Source: an uncultured Latescibacterota bacterium (GTDB lineage Bacteria > Latescibacterota > UBA2968). Taken from it: a stretch of DNA of 64,000 nt. Positions 1 to 8,627 of the stretch are shown in pieces. Each line of letters starts with the position of its first letter. Within the stretch, counting starts at the first letter, position 1. The translations under genes and the position numbers were made by a program. The stretch is from NCBI GenBank assembly GCA_958295785.1, contig OY282377.1:3328385-3392384 (forward strand), read 5' to 3'. Under the pieces are notes generated by a model. That model was not told the origin of the DNA. It ran no database searches and saw nothing but the letters and a program-made list of their open reading frames with translations.

Positions 1-1
1 C

Positions 2-1105
2 GCCGACGTGTTGGGCATCCCCTTTGATTTTACGGCAAAGCCCGTCGTTGCCCCGCCGCAGAAGCCGCGAGCGACCATTCAGGTAAAAGCCATACGCCCC
101 GAACGAGACGCGCTCGAAATTCGCTTTCCGCGCGTGGCCGGGTATCGCGTGGCATTGCCCCAAGAGCGACTTCGCGCCGCGTTTCATGAAGACGCGACAT
201 TGGTACTCACGCCCGATCTCGTGGGGCCATCGCGCACGCGCAACCAAGGAATCATCGGCGAGGGCGTCGATCTCACGCTGGTTCACACCAACAACCTGCG
301 GCACGCGACCCTGCTCTTTCACCTGACCAAGCGGTTGCTCTACACAAAGTGGCGCGATCCGGGCGAAGTGCCAAAGCTCCACCTGTTCGGCCAACTCAAA
401 CAGATCACGCGCCAGTGGCTGGACGACCACCTCGTTTGCAAGGGCGGCACGTACCCCGCGCAACTGATGTACCAGGAACTGGCCGACATCGCCTGCGAGC
501 GCATCACCGCCGCGATCACGCGCCACCACGCCGCCGAGCGTCCCGTTGAGGCCATGCTCGATTCCTACAACCCCTGTGGCTCCACCGCGCAGGTCAATTT
601 CAACACGTCCAAGACCCGGCGCTACGAAACCGATGCCCGGCGTTGCCACGTCAACTGGGTCGTCCTCGACAGCGACTGGGAAGCCGAGTTTTGCCGCGTT
701 GCCGAATCCCATCCGCGCGTCAAAGCCTACGTGAAAAACCACAATCTCGGCCTAGAAGTGCCCTATCGCACGGGTGCAGAGTCCCGCACCTACATCCCGG
801 ATTTCATCGTGCAGATCGACGATGGCAAGGGCGATGACGACCCGTTGCACCTGATCGTGGAGATCAAGGGCTATCGCGGCGAAGACGCAAAGGACAAGAA
901 GACCGCGATGGAAACCCATTGGGTTCCGGGCGTGAACCGCCTCCGCGATTACGGGCGCTGGGCCTTTGCCGAATTTACAGATGTTTACGAGATCGAATCC
1001 GCATTTGCCGATAGCGTGCGCCGGTTGGTCGCGAACCCGCAACTGACCGAGCTCGGAAATGAGGCCGCCGAAGGCTCTGCGGGCGGAGATACGACACTAC
1101 ATTGA
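2..1105 (+). CDS. res: Type III-like restriction endonuclease (Res) subunit, C-terminal part (5' end outside window)
   Basis: Frame open from the window edge. C-terminal PD-(D/E)xK nuclease motif YIPDFIV...IVEIKG plus DSDWEAEF and YVKNH motifs. A DPPY-type Mod gene lies downstream. Confidence 0.88.
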   Translation, partial: ADVLGIPFDFTAKPVVAPPQKPRATIQVKAIRPERDALEIRFPRVAGYRVALPQERLRAAFHEDATLVLTPDLVGPSRTRNQGIIGEGVDLTLVHTNNLRHATLLFHLTKRLLYTKWRDPGEVPKLHLFGQLKQITRQWLDDHLVCKGGTYPAQLMYQELADIACERITAAITRHHAAERPVEAMLDSYNPCGSTAQVNFNTSKTRRYETDARRCHVNWVVLDSDWEAEFCRVAESHPRVKAYVKNHNLGLEVPYRTGAESRTYIPDFIVQIDDGKGDDDPLHLIVEIKGYRGEDAKDKKTAMETHWVPGVNRLRDYGRWAFAEFTDVYEIESAFADSVRRLVANPQLTELGNEAAEGSAGGDTTLH

Positions 1106-1187
1106 GCAGGAGGCTGTTCATGGTTTGACGCAGACGCGAAAGGACGAACGGAGTATTGACAAAGCCATCAACCCTAGAAGTTGACAA

Positions 1188-2252
1188 ATGGTGATGGGTA
1201 TTCTATCTTTATTTGAGTCAACAAAAAAATTGACTAAATTACTCATCCCAAAAATGGAGCGAGAAATGCAAGAAGCATTACAGGACACAGGCGGCAATAA
1301 TCAGCACGACGAGTCCCGGCGAAAAATGGAACGAAAAATACAAAGCGCGTTACAAGGCTTGGCTACCAAACGGCGGCGTTCCGTTCTTTGCTTCTATGGA
1401 GATATGGATCAAAAATCTGTCCAAAGGGTGCGTCGTATCGCGTCTCAACTAAAAGCATCCAATAAGTTATCGGTCTTGTTGGATTCTCCCGGAGGCTATA
1501 TTGAGGACGCCTATAGAATAGTTTTGACACTGCGAGAATACGCGGAGGATATCGAAGTGCTCGTGCCTCGGTGGGCAAAAAGTGCTGCGACCTTTTTTTG
1601 TCTCGCGGCGAATACCATTTATATCGGACGGTATGGAGAGTTGGGACCCCTTGATCCACAGATGCTAGATCTACAAGGAAGTGCGATGCTGATCCCCGCA
1701 CTGGAATCGTTTAAGGCACTTGATCAACTGTTTATCTTTTCTCTGGATTCATTGGATGGGATAGTCCAGCAATTGTTAAATAATGCGCCTATGGATATTC
1801 CCTATGCAATAGAACACGCACAACCATTATTCGCCGCAATCGTGTCGCCACTGTACTCCCAAGTTGATCCATATGAATTAGGCAATGCGGGAAGGGCGTT
1901 GGCTACCAGCGAGGAATATGCGATGAGAGTCATGGAGAGATGGGGATATTCAGAGATGGAAGACGACGCAAGACGGTGGACAGTACGACATTTAGTTTGG
2001 AACTATCCGACGCATGGATTTGTTATTGACTTGAAGGAAGCGAAACAGATCGGACTGAAAGCCGAAAGACTTGACCATGACTGTGACGAGATGTGCAGGG
2101 AGATATTGGAACTGCTCGACAGCGCAGATATCTCTGGCTACATTGGCATTGAAGTCCCCCCACCAGATGTCCAAGACAAGGAGAACAGGCATGAACCCAA
2201 AGGAGAGGAAATTGCAGAGAGGGATTCGGAGAGGCAACAGAACGCCGTTTAG
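1188..2252 (+). CDS. SDH/ClpP-SppA-class serine protease-like protein
   Basis: Motifs LDSPGG, AKSAAT, ELGPLDPQ and YPTHGFVI. The true start may be later (1254 or 1266). Confidence 0.8.
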   Translation: MVMGILSLFESTKKLTKLLIPKMEREMQEALQDTGGNNQHDESRRKMERKIQSALQGLATKRRRSVLCFYGDMDQKSVQRVRRIASQLKASNKLSVLLDSPGGYIEDAYRIVLTLREYAEDIEVLVPRWAKSAATFFCLAANTIYIGRYGELGPLDPQMLDLQGSAMLIPALESFKALDQLFIFSLDSLDGIVQQLLNNAPMDIPYAIEHAQPLFAAIVSPLYSQVDPYELGNAGRALATSEEYAMRVMERWGYSEMEDDARRWTVRHLVWNYPTHGFVIDLKEAKQIGLKAERLDHDCDEMCREILELLDSADISGYIGIEVPPPDVQDKENRHEPKGEEIAERDSERQQNAV

Positions 2253-2587
2253 ACGCGAGAAGCCGTCCGAGCGATCGTCTCTTCGCGTCATGGATTGGTT
2301 GCGGCAAAGGCGAATCTATCGCGGCATCCGCCATGTGCCTTTCATGCCCTATGAGGATGATAGATCCAAGGGCAGATCGGGGTACTGAAAAGTCCAATTT
2401 CTGATCACATTCGCTCCACGGCAGTACGTCTTGCTCCTATCCGCGCAGCGCGGGCGGTCATGGGTAAGGCCGATCCCTTGGAGCTTTTTTTTGCCAGAAT
2501 ACACGACGGGGTACAACTGATCGCCGCTTAGGCCAGTAGTACCCCGGTTTCGCTGAGTGTCCCAACCTTAGTCATCAAAGAAAGGAG

Positions 2588-2839
2588 ATGATCGTGAAAG
2601 ACATTACCATGAGTGCCGCCGAGAACTTGATCGTATCAGCACACCGATGCGCGGCGGCGAACCGCACGACCTTAAACGCGCAATTTCAGTTGTGGCTGAA
2701 AGACGACATTCAGCGCAACGGAGACTGCGTTCAACGCGAAAATCAGGTTGCCGAAGCCATGAAAGTCATCCGCGATCTGCAAGGCAACATCTTCACTGGC
2801 GGGCGAAAATTTACTCGGGAAGAGATGAATGAGCGTTGA
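2588..2839 (+). CDS. Small antitoxin-like protein (copy 1), no intact toxin
   Basis: RBS aaggag. The C-terminus GGRKFTREEMNER is typical of antitoxins that precede PIN toxins. Confidence 0.6.
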   Translation: MIVKDITMSAAENLIVSAHRCAAANRTTLNAQFQLWLKDDIQRNGDCVQRENQVAEAMKVIRDLQGNIFTGGRKFTREEMNER

Positions 2840-3110
2840 AAGTTTGCTATTGCCCCTAGGATTGGTTATCATAATCGGCCTTAGTTCTGAACACCCTGCT
2901 GGGGAGGCTTCTTCATTCCACCGGCTCCCCAAGTCGGCTCTTGGTGGACAACCGCCGGATATTGACCGGCACCTTCTTTGATCTTAAAATGGGCATCCTC
3001 TTAGGAATAGTGAATGCCTGCCTAAAAAAATGACTGGAGGTCAAATAAGGAATTAAGAAAGAATTTGACCAAGCTATTCAATCGCAAGAGACGATCCACC
3101 CGGAGGTTTT

Positions 3111-3590
3111 ATGGCTACAATGACCTTTGATACCTACGCCTTTGTCAAGGAACTGGTTCAGGCCGGAATGCCTGAAGAACAGGCTGAGGTGCTGGCGCGT
3201 TCACAAGCGGCGTTGATTGCTGAAAAATTGGCGACCAAGCAGGATTTGAAAGAACTGGAATTGTGTGTGAAACGCGACCTGAAAGAACTGGAAGTGCGAT
3301 TGAAACGCGATATGAAGGAGATGGAATTGCGTCTGAAGCACGATATCCAGAAATTGGAACGCGATATGAAGGAGATGGAAGCCAATTTGAAACGCGATAT
3401 GAAGGAGATGGAAGCCAATTTGAAACGCGATATGAAGGAGATGGAATTGCGTCTGAAACGCGATATCCAAAAATTGGAACGCGACATGAAGGAGATGGAA
3501 TTGCGTCTGAAGCACGATTTGACCTTGCGTCTCGGCTCCATGATGGTCGTCGCTATCGGCGTAGTCGCTGCGCTGGTGAAACTCCTATAA
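3111..3590 (+). CDS. DUF1640/CCDC90-like membrane-anchored coiled-coil protein (copy 1, 159 aa)
   Basis: FDT head, LATKQD neck, 11- and 7-residue repeats, C-terminal TM helix, RBS ggagg. Confidence 0.85.
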   Translation: MATMTFDTYAFVKELVQAGMPEEQAEVLARSQAALIAEKLATKQDLKELELCVKRDLKELEVRLKRDMKEMELRLKHDIQKLERDMKEMEANLKRDMKEMEANLKRDMKEMELRLKRDIQKLERDMKEMELRLKHDLTLRLGSMMVVAIGVVAALVKLL

Positions 3591-3667
3591 GGATAATCCA
3601 TAGGTGATGGAGAAGCGGGCTTTGTTGCCTTGTTGTTCATTTTGGTATTAGTCATCAAAGAAAGGAG

Positions 3668-3919
3668 ATGATCGTGAAAGACATTACCATGAGTGCCGAC
3701 GAGAACTTGATCGCATCGGCACACCGATGCGCGGCGGCGAACCGCACGACCTTAAACGCGCAATTTCAGTTGTGGCTGAAAGACGACATTCAGCGCAACG
3801 GAGACTGCGTTCAACGCGAAAATCAGGTTGCCGAAGCCATGAAAGTCATCCGCGATCTGCAAGGCAACATCTTCACTGGCGGGCGAAAATTTACTCGGGA
3901 AGAGATGAATGAGCGTTGA
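3668..3919 (+). CDS. Small antitoxin-like protein (copy 2)
   Basis: Differs from 2588-2839 at two residues. Confidence 0.6.
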   Translation: MIVKDITMSADENLIASAHRCAAANRTTLNAQFQLWLKDDIQRNGDCVQRENQVAEAMKVIRDLQGNIFTGGRKFTREEMNER

Positions 3920-4190
3920 AAGTTTGCTATTGCCCCTAGGATTGGTTATCATAATCGGCCTTAGTTCTGAACACCCTGCTGGGGAGGCTTCTTCATTCCA
4001 CCGGCTCCCCAAGTCGGCTCTTGGTGGACAACCGCCGGATATTGACCGGCACCTTCTTTGATCTTAAAATGGGCATCCTCTTAGGAATAGTGAATGCCTG
4101 CCTAAAAAAATGACTGGAGGTCAAATAAGGAATTAAGAAAGAATTTGACCAAGCTATTCAATCGCAAGAGACGATCCACCCGGAGGTTTT

Positions 4191-4757
4191 ATGGCTACAA
4201 TGACCTTTGATACCTACGCCTTTGTCAAGGAACTGGTTCAGGCCGGAATGCCTGAAGAACAGGCTGAGGTGCTGGCGCGTTCACAAGCGGCGTTGATTGC
4301 TGAAAAATTGGCGACCAAGCAGGATTTGAAAGAACTGGAATTGTGTGTGAAACGCGACCTGAAAGAACTGGAAGTGCGATTGAAACGCGATATGAAGGAG
4401 ATGGAAGCCAATTTGAAACGCGATATGAAGGAGATGGAATTGCATCTGAAGCACGATATCCAGAAATTGGAACACGACATGAAGGAGATGGAAGCCAATT
4501 TGAAACGCGATATGAAGGAGATGGAATTGCGTCTGAAGCACGATATCCAGAAATTGGAACACGACATGAAGGAGATGGAAGCCAATTTGAAACGCGATAT
4601 GAAGGAGATGGAATTGCGTCTGAAACGCGATATCCAAAAATTGGAACGCGACATGAAGGAGATGGAATTGCGTCTGAAGCACGATTTGACCTTGCGTCTC
4701 GGCTCCATGATGGTCGTCGCTATCGGCGTAGTCGCTGCGCTGGTGAAACTCCTATAA
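4191..4757 (+). CDS. DUF1640/CCDC90-like coiled-coil protein (copy 2, 188 aa)
   Basis: Same head and TM as copy 1, with 29 extra stalk residues. Confidence 0.85.
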   Translation: MATMTFDTYAFVKELVQAGMPEEQAEVLARSQAALIAEKLATKQDLKELELCVKRDLKELEVRLKRDMKEMEANLKRDMKEMELHLKHDIQKLEHDMKEMEANLKRDMKEMELRLKHDIQKLEHDMKEMEANLKRDMKEMELRLKRDIQKLERDMKEMELRLKHDLTLRLGSMMVVAIGVVAALVKLL

Positions 4758-4887
4758 GGATAATCCTAGGTGATGGAGAAGCGGGTTGCACCTGTCTTTA
4801 CAGTGAAGACATGCAGGAAGGTCAACAGATACGGGGCTTGACCATTCAAAATCCATTCAAGTAACCATTGCAGAAAGGATCGCGCCC

Positions 4888-7800
4888 ATGGCGAAACGAT
4901 CAAGAACGCCCAAATCCGTTGAGACCCTCACGCACGGCGACGCGACGCGCAAGAATATTCCCACCGCCGAGTATCAGCCCGTGATGCGAGCGGAGGATCA
5001 GGCCCCAATCCGCGTCGCATATCAGCGGCGCAACCGCGATCTCGATCCGCAACTCGTTTGGCGCGGCAAGGACGAGCAAGATTGGTCGGACCTCGTTGTG
5101 CCCGCGCCGCCGCTTTTCATTCAGGAAAAGGTGCATCCGAAAGTGCTGATCGACGATCTGTTGCGCCAAAGCGCGGAGACAGCCACCACCGCGCCGGGGT
5201 TCCAGCCCGATTTGTTCGCCGACTTCAACGGCCTGCCCGACCCAAGCGCGGCGACCGAGTTCTACCAGCACGACGCCAACTGGTCGAACCGCATGATCCT
5301 CGGCGACAGCCTGCAAGTGATGGCCTCCCTGGCCGAGCGTGAGGGCCTGCGCGGTCAAGTGCAGTGCATCTATATTGACCCGCCCTACGGCATCAAGTTC
5401 AATTCCAATTTCCAATGGTCCACCACCAGCCGCGACGTGCGAGACGGCAAGCGCGAGCACATCACGCGAGAGCCTGAGCAGGTGAAAGCGTTTCGGGATA
5501 CGTGGCGCGATGGCATCCATTCCTACCTGACCTACCTGCGCGACCGCCTGACCGTAGCGCGGGATTTGTTGACCGAGAGCGGTTCGGTGTTTGTGCAGAT
5601 CGGCGATGAAAATGTCCATCGGGTGCGGGCGTTGATGGATGAGGTGTTTGGGGATGAGAATTTTGTCGGGGAGATTATTTTTAAAACCCGTAGCACATCT
5701 ACCAGCAAAAATCTGTCTGCGTTGAATGATTACATCATATGGTATTGTAAAGATATTAATGCACTAAAATTCCGTCAATTTTACATGCAGAAAAGTGCTG
5801 ACAGGGCGCGTTTCAATTTTGCCGATATTGATGGCGAAATTTTCAGTGTCAATGAAAAAAATATCAATATCGGAAGCGTTAAGTATTTCTCAAGTAGTAG
5901 TCTGTTCTCAACAAGCGGCGGAGACGCTTCCCGGATTCCCTTTGAGTTCTGTGGGAAAAAATATACCCCGGCAATCTCTCGTGGATGGCGATGCTCACTT
6001 GATGGGCTATTACGCCTTACCTATGCAAGCCGTATATTCAACCAAGGTAATTCTATCCGCTATAAATACTTTCACGCCGATTTCCCATTCGTCGAGGGCG
6101 GGAATCTATGGGATGATCAAATGTCCGAGCAAAACAAATCTTATGTGGTGCAAACATCTCCAAGACCCATTGAACGCTGCATCCTCATGACCACCGACCC
6201 TGGCGACCTCGTTCTCGATCCCACCTGCGGATCTGGCACAACCGCTTATGTCGCCGAGCAATGGGGCAGGCGGTGGATCACCATTGACACCAGCCGAGTC
6301 GCGCTCGCGTTGGCGCGTGCCCGCATCATGGGGGCGCGCTATCCCTACTACCTCCTCTCGGACAGCGCGGAGGGGCAGCGCAAGGAAGCGGAAATCAGCC
6401 GCACCGCGCCATCGGAAACGCCCGCATACAACGACATCCGCCAAGGCTTTGTGTATCAGCGCGTGCCGCACATCACCCTGCGCGACATCGCCAACAACGC
6501 GGAAATCGACATCATTTGGGAGAAATATCAGAAAACGCTCAAATCGCTTCGGGCATCGCTCAACAAGGCGGTGAACGAGGATTGGCGGGAATGGGAAATC
6601 CCGCGCGAAGCCGACGAATCGTGGTCGGACGCGGTCAAGGCATTGCACGGCCAATGGTGGGAACAGCGCATCGCACGGCAAACAGAGATCGACGCGTCTA
6701 TCGCGGCGAAAGCGGACTGCGAGTATCTCTACGACAAGCCCTACGAGGAGAGAAAGAAGGTGCGCGTCGCCGGCCCGTTCACGGTGGATAGCCTATCGCC
6801 GCACCGCGTTTTGGGCATCGATGAAAACGACGACCTCATCGACAGCGCGGCAGATCCCGAACTCGAGCACAGCGAATCGCAGGATTTTTCCGGGATGATT
6901 TTGGAGCACCTCAAAACCGCTGGCGTGCAACAGGCGCGCAAAGACGACCGCATCGCGTTTTCATCCCTCGCGCCGTGGCCGGGCGATTTGGTTTGCGCCG
7001 AAGGCACGTACGCCGAGGGCGACGCGGATTCTGGCATTTACAAACGCGCTGGCATTTTCATCGGCCCCGAGTTTGGCACGGTCTCGCGTCCCGATCTGGC
7101 GAGGGCCGTGCGCGAGGCGGGCGAGGCCGATTTCGATGTGCTCATCGCCTGCGCGTTCAACTACGACGCCCAATCCACGGATTTCGACAAACTGGGGCGC
7201 GTCCCGGTGCTCAAAGCGCGCATGAACGCGGATCTTCACATGGCCGACGACCTCAAGAACACGGGCAAGGGCAATCTGTTCGTGATTTTCGGCGAGCCTG
7301 ATATTTCAGTGGCGAGTGAAGAGTGGTTAGTGGATGGTTCAGAAAGGAGAATCGCGCCGTATGACATCTTTAAGCTCGTATCGGGAACGGATCGGCTGGC
7401 AGAAGTCAATAGACTTGACCGTGAGGAGTTACGCGCTCATGCGGCGCTTTCCCGCCGAGGGGAGATATGGGATTACCTCACAGATGCGGCGTGCCGCGTC
7501 CTCAATTCCGGCGAACATCGCGGAGGGACAGGCAAGGCGAACAACGAGGGAATTTCTCCAGTCGCTTGGCATTGCGCGGGGGTCTCGGGCGGAACTGGAG
7601 ACCTTTCTGACCTTATGCGAAAGGCTGGCACTGATACGGAGAGAGGCTTCCGAGAACTTGTTGGCAGACTGCGCCGAGATCAACAAAATGCTCAACGCGC
7701 TGATGAAATCACGCGCCACTCGCCACTAACCACTCGCCACTATACACAGGTCACTGTCCACGGCGTTGACGTCTTCCACCCCAACACCGGCGAGATTCGC

Positions 7801-8070
7801 AGCGATGACGCCGATGGAATCGCCTGTTGGTTCATCGACACGGACTATAACGAGGAGAGTTTTTTCGTGCGCCACGCCTACTTTCTCGGCGCGAGCGATC
7901 CGTACAAATCCCTCAAGACCACGCTCAAAGCCGAGATCGACCCAAACGCTTGGGCCACGCTGCACAGCGACACCTCGCGGCCGTTCGCCAAACCCAAATC
8001 CGGGCGCATCGCGGTCAAGGTGATCAACCACTTGGGCGACGAGGTGATGAAAGTGTTTCGGGTTTCATGA
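4888..8070 (+). CDS. mod: Type III-like N6-adenine DNA methyltransferase (Mod), with a ~145-codon insertion near the C-terminus
   Basis: Catalytic IDPPY precedes SAM-binding DPTCGSGTT (beta order), with an AT-rich variable TRD between them. C-terminus IAVKVINHLGDEVMKV. Confidence 0.92.
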   Translation: MAKRSRTPKSVETLTHGDATRKNIPTAEYQPVMRAEDQAPIRVAYQRRNRDLDPQLVWRGKDEQDWSDLVVPAPPLFIQEKVHPKVLIDDLLRQSAETATTAPGFQPDLFADFNGLPDPSAATEFYQHDANWSNRMILGDSLQVMASLAEREGLRGQVQCIYIDPPYGIKFNSNFQWSTTSRDVRDGKREHITREPEQVKAFRDTWRDGIHSYLTYLRDRLTVARDLLTESGSVFVQIGDENVHRVRALMDEVFGDENFVGEIIFKTRSTSTSKNLSALNDYIIWYCKDINALKFRQFYMQKSADRARFNFADIDGEIFSVNEKNINIGSVKYFSSSSLFSTSGGDASRIPFEFCGKKYTPAISRGWRCSLDGLLRLTYASRIFNQGNSIRYKYFHADFPFVEGGNLWDDQMSEQNKSYVVQTSPRPIERCILMTTDPGDLVLDPTCGSGTTAYVAEQWGRRWITIDTSRVALALARARIMGARYPYYLLSDSAEGQRKEAEISRTAPSETPAYNDIRQGFVYQRVPHITLRDIANNAEIDIIWEKYQKTLKSLRASLNKAVNEDWREWEIPREADESWSDAVKALHGQWWEQRIARQTEIDASIAAKADCEYLYDKPYEERKKVRVAGPFTVDSLSPHRVLGIDENDDLIDSAADPELEHSESQDFSGMILEHLKTAGVQQARKDDRIAFSSLAPWPGDLVCAEGTYAEGDADSGIYKRAGIFIGPEFGTVSRPDLARAVREAGEADFDVLIACAFNYDAQSTDFDKLGRVPVLKARMNADLHMADDLKNTGKGNLFVIFGEPDISVASEEWLVDGSERRIAPYDIFKLVSGTDRLAEVNRLDREELRAHAALSRRGEIWDYLTDAACRVLNSGEHRGGTGKANNEGISPVAWHCAGVSGGTGDLSDLMRKAGTDTERGFRELVGRLRRDQQNAQRADEITRHSPLTTRHYTQVTVHGVDVFHPNTGEIRSDDADGIACWFIDTDYNEESFFVRHAYFLGASDPYKSLKTTLKAEIDPNAWATLHSDTSRPFAKPKSGRIAVKVINHLGDEVMKVFRVS
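7308..7741. mobile_element. Inverted-heptamer-repeat-bounded insertion inside mod
   Basis: Left 7308-7333 AGTGGCGAGTGAAGAGTGGTTAGTGG and right 7716-7741 CCACTCGCCACTAACCACTCGCCACT are complementary at 21/26 positions. Confidence 0.7.
7361..7729 (+). CDS. Four-helix-bundle protein (23S rRNA IVS protein / Avd-like fold) nested in the +1 frame of mod
   Basis: Hallmark motifs WQKS, FP.E.RYG.TSQMRRAASSIPANIAEG and FL.IARGS..ELET. RBS aaaggag at ~7343-7349. Confidence 0.88.
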   Translation: MTSLSSYRERIGWQKSIDLTVRSYALMRRFPAEGRYGITSQMRRAASSIPANIAEGQARRTTREFLQSLGIARGSRAELETFLTLCERLALIRREASENLLADCAEINKMLNALMKSRATRH

Positions 8071-8100
8071 CCGCTTGAGACATCCATCAAAGGAGTTGCG

Positions 8101-8400
8101 ATGCTCAACACTGCGTTGGCCGTTGTGAAAAACGGCAAAATCGAAACGATAGAACACATTGCGTTGTCCGAAGGCCAAAAAGTGCTGGTAACTCTGTTGC
8201 CCGACGATGCGACTTTCTGGCAAGAAGTTAGCCAACAAACGCTGAAACGAATTTGGGACAACAAAGAGGACGATGTATATGCCCAATTAGACGTCGCCAA
8301 ACGCCGGGAACATGTGGCTCAGTTGAAGAATTCTTTCCAAAAAATGAGCCGCGATATGGGGCCTCGTAAATGGACGCGGGAAGATCTCCATGCCCGATAA
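8101..8400 (+). CDS. Antitoxin-like protein (DUF104/AF2212-like N-terminus, TRED-type tail)
   Basis: AVVKNGKI...LSEGQKVLV, ending KWTREDLHAR; RBS aaggag. Confidence 0.55.
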   Translation: MLNTALAVVKNGKIETIEHIALSEGQKVLVTLLPDDATFWQEVSQQTLKRIWDNKEDDVYAQLDVAKRREHVAQLKNSFQKMSRDMGPRKWTREDLHAR

Positions 8401-8627
8401 AGATAGGGAGGTCAAAGAAATTTGACCTCCCTAAATTATTGTAAAATATTTGGATGCGGAAAATTAAATCCAATGTTTGGATGTTGCGATATTAGAATTT
8501 TCAGATATATGTTGACGAATGAGATGGATTTTGATACATTTCGTAAAATTCGACATTCAACGAGAAGTATCTAAAATATCTTGTTGTAAGTGGTGGTTAT
8601 TTTCCAGTACAGACGCGAGAGGATATC

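Larger units (their letters stand above)
2568..4786 (+). repeat. Tandem duplication of a unit (antitoxin-like gene + DUF1640 gene); copies start at 2568 and 3648
   Basis: Both copies begin ttagtcatcaaagaaaggagatg, 1080 bp apart, are near-identical, and end taggtgatggagaagcggg. They differ mainly in coiled-coil repeat number. Confidence 0.95.

Noticed and set aside
3240..4700. CRISPR-like periodic repeats (also 43130-44250)
   Set aside because: The repeats are in-frame coiled-coil modules without unique spacers, and there are no cas genes.
7334..7729. Diversity-generating retroelement suggested by the Avd-like protein
   Set aside because: No reverse transcriptase and no TR/VR pair with adenine-specific mismatches in the window. 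The mod-tail repeats have too few mismatches to show such a pattern.
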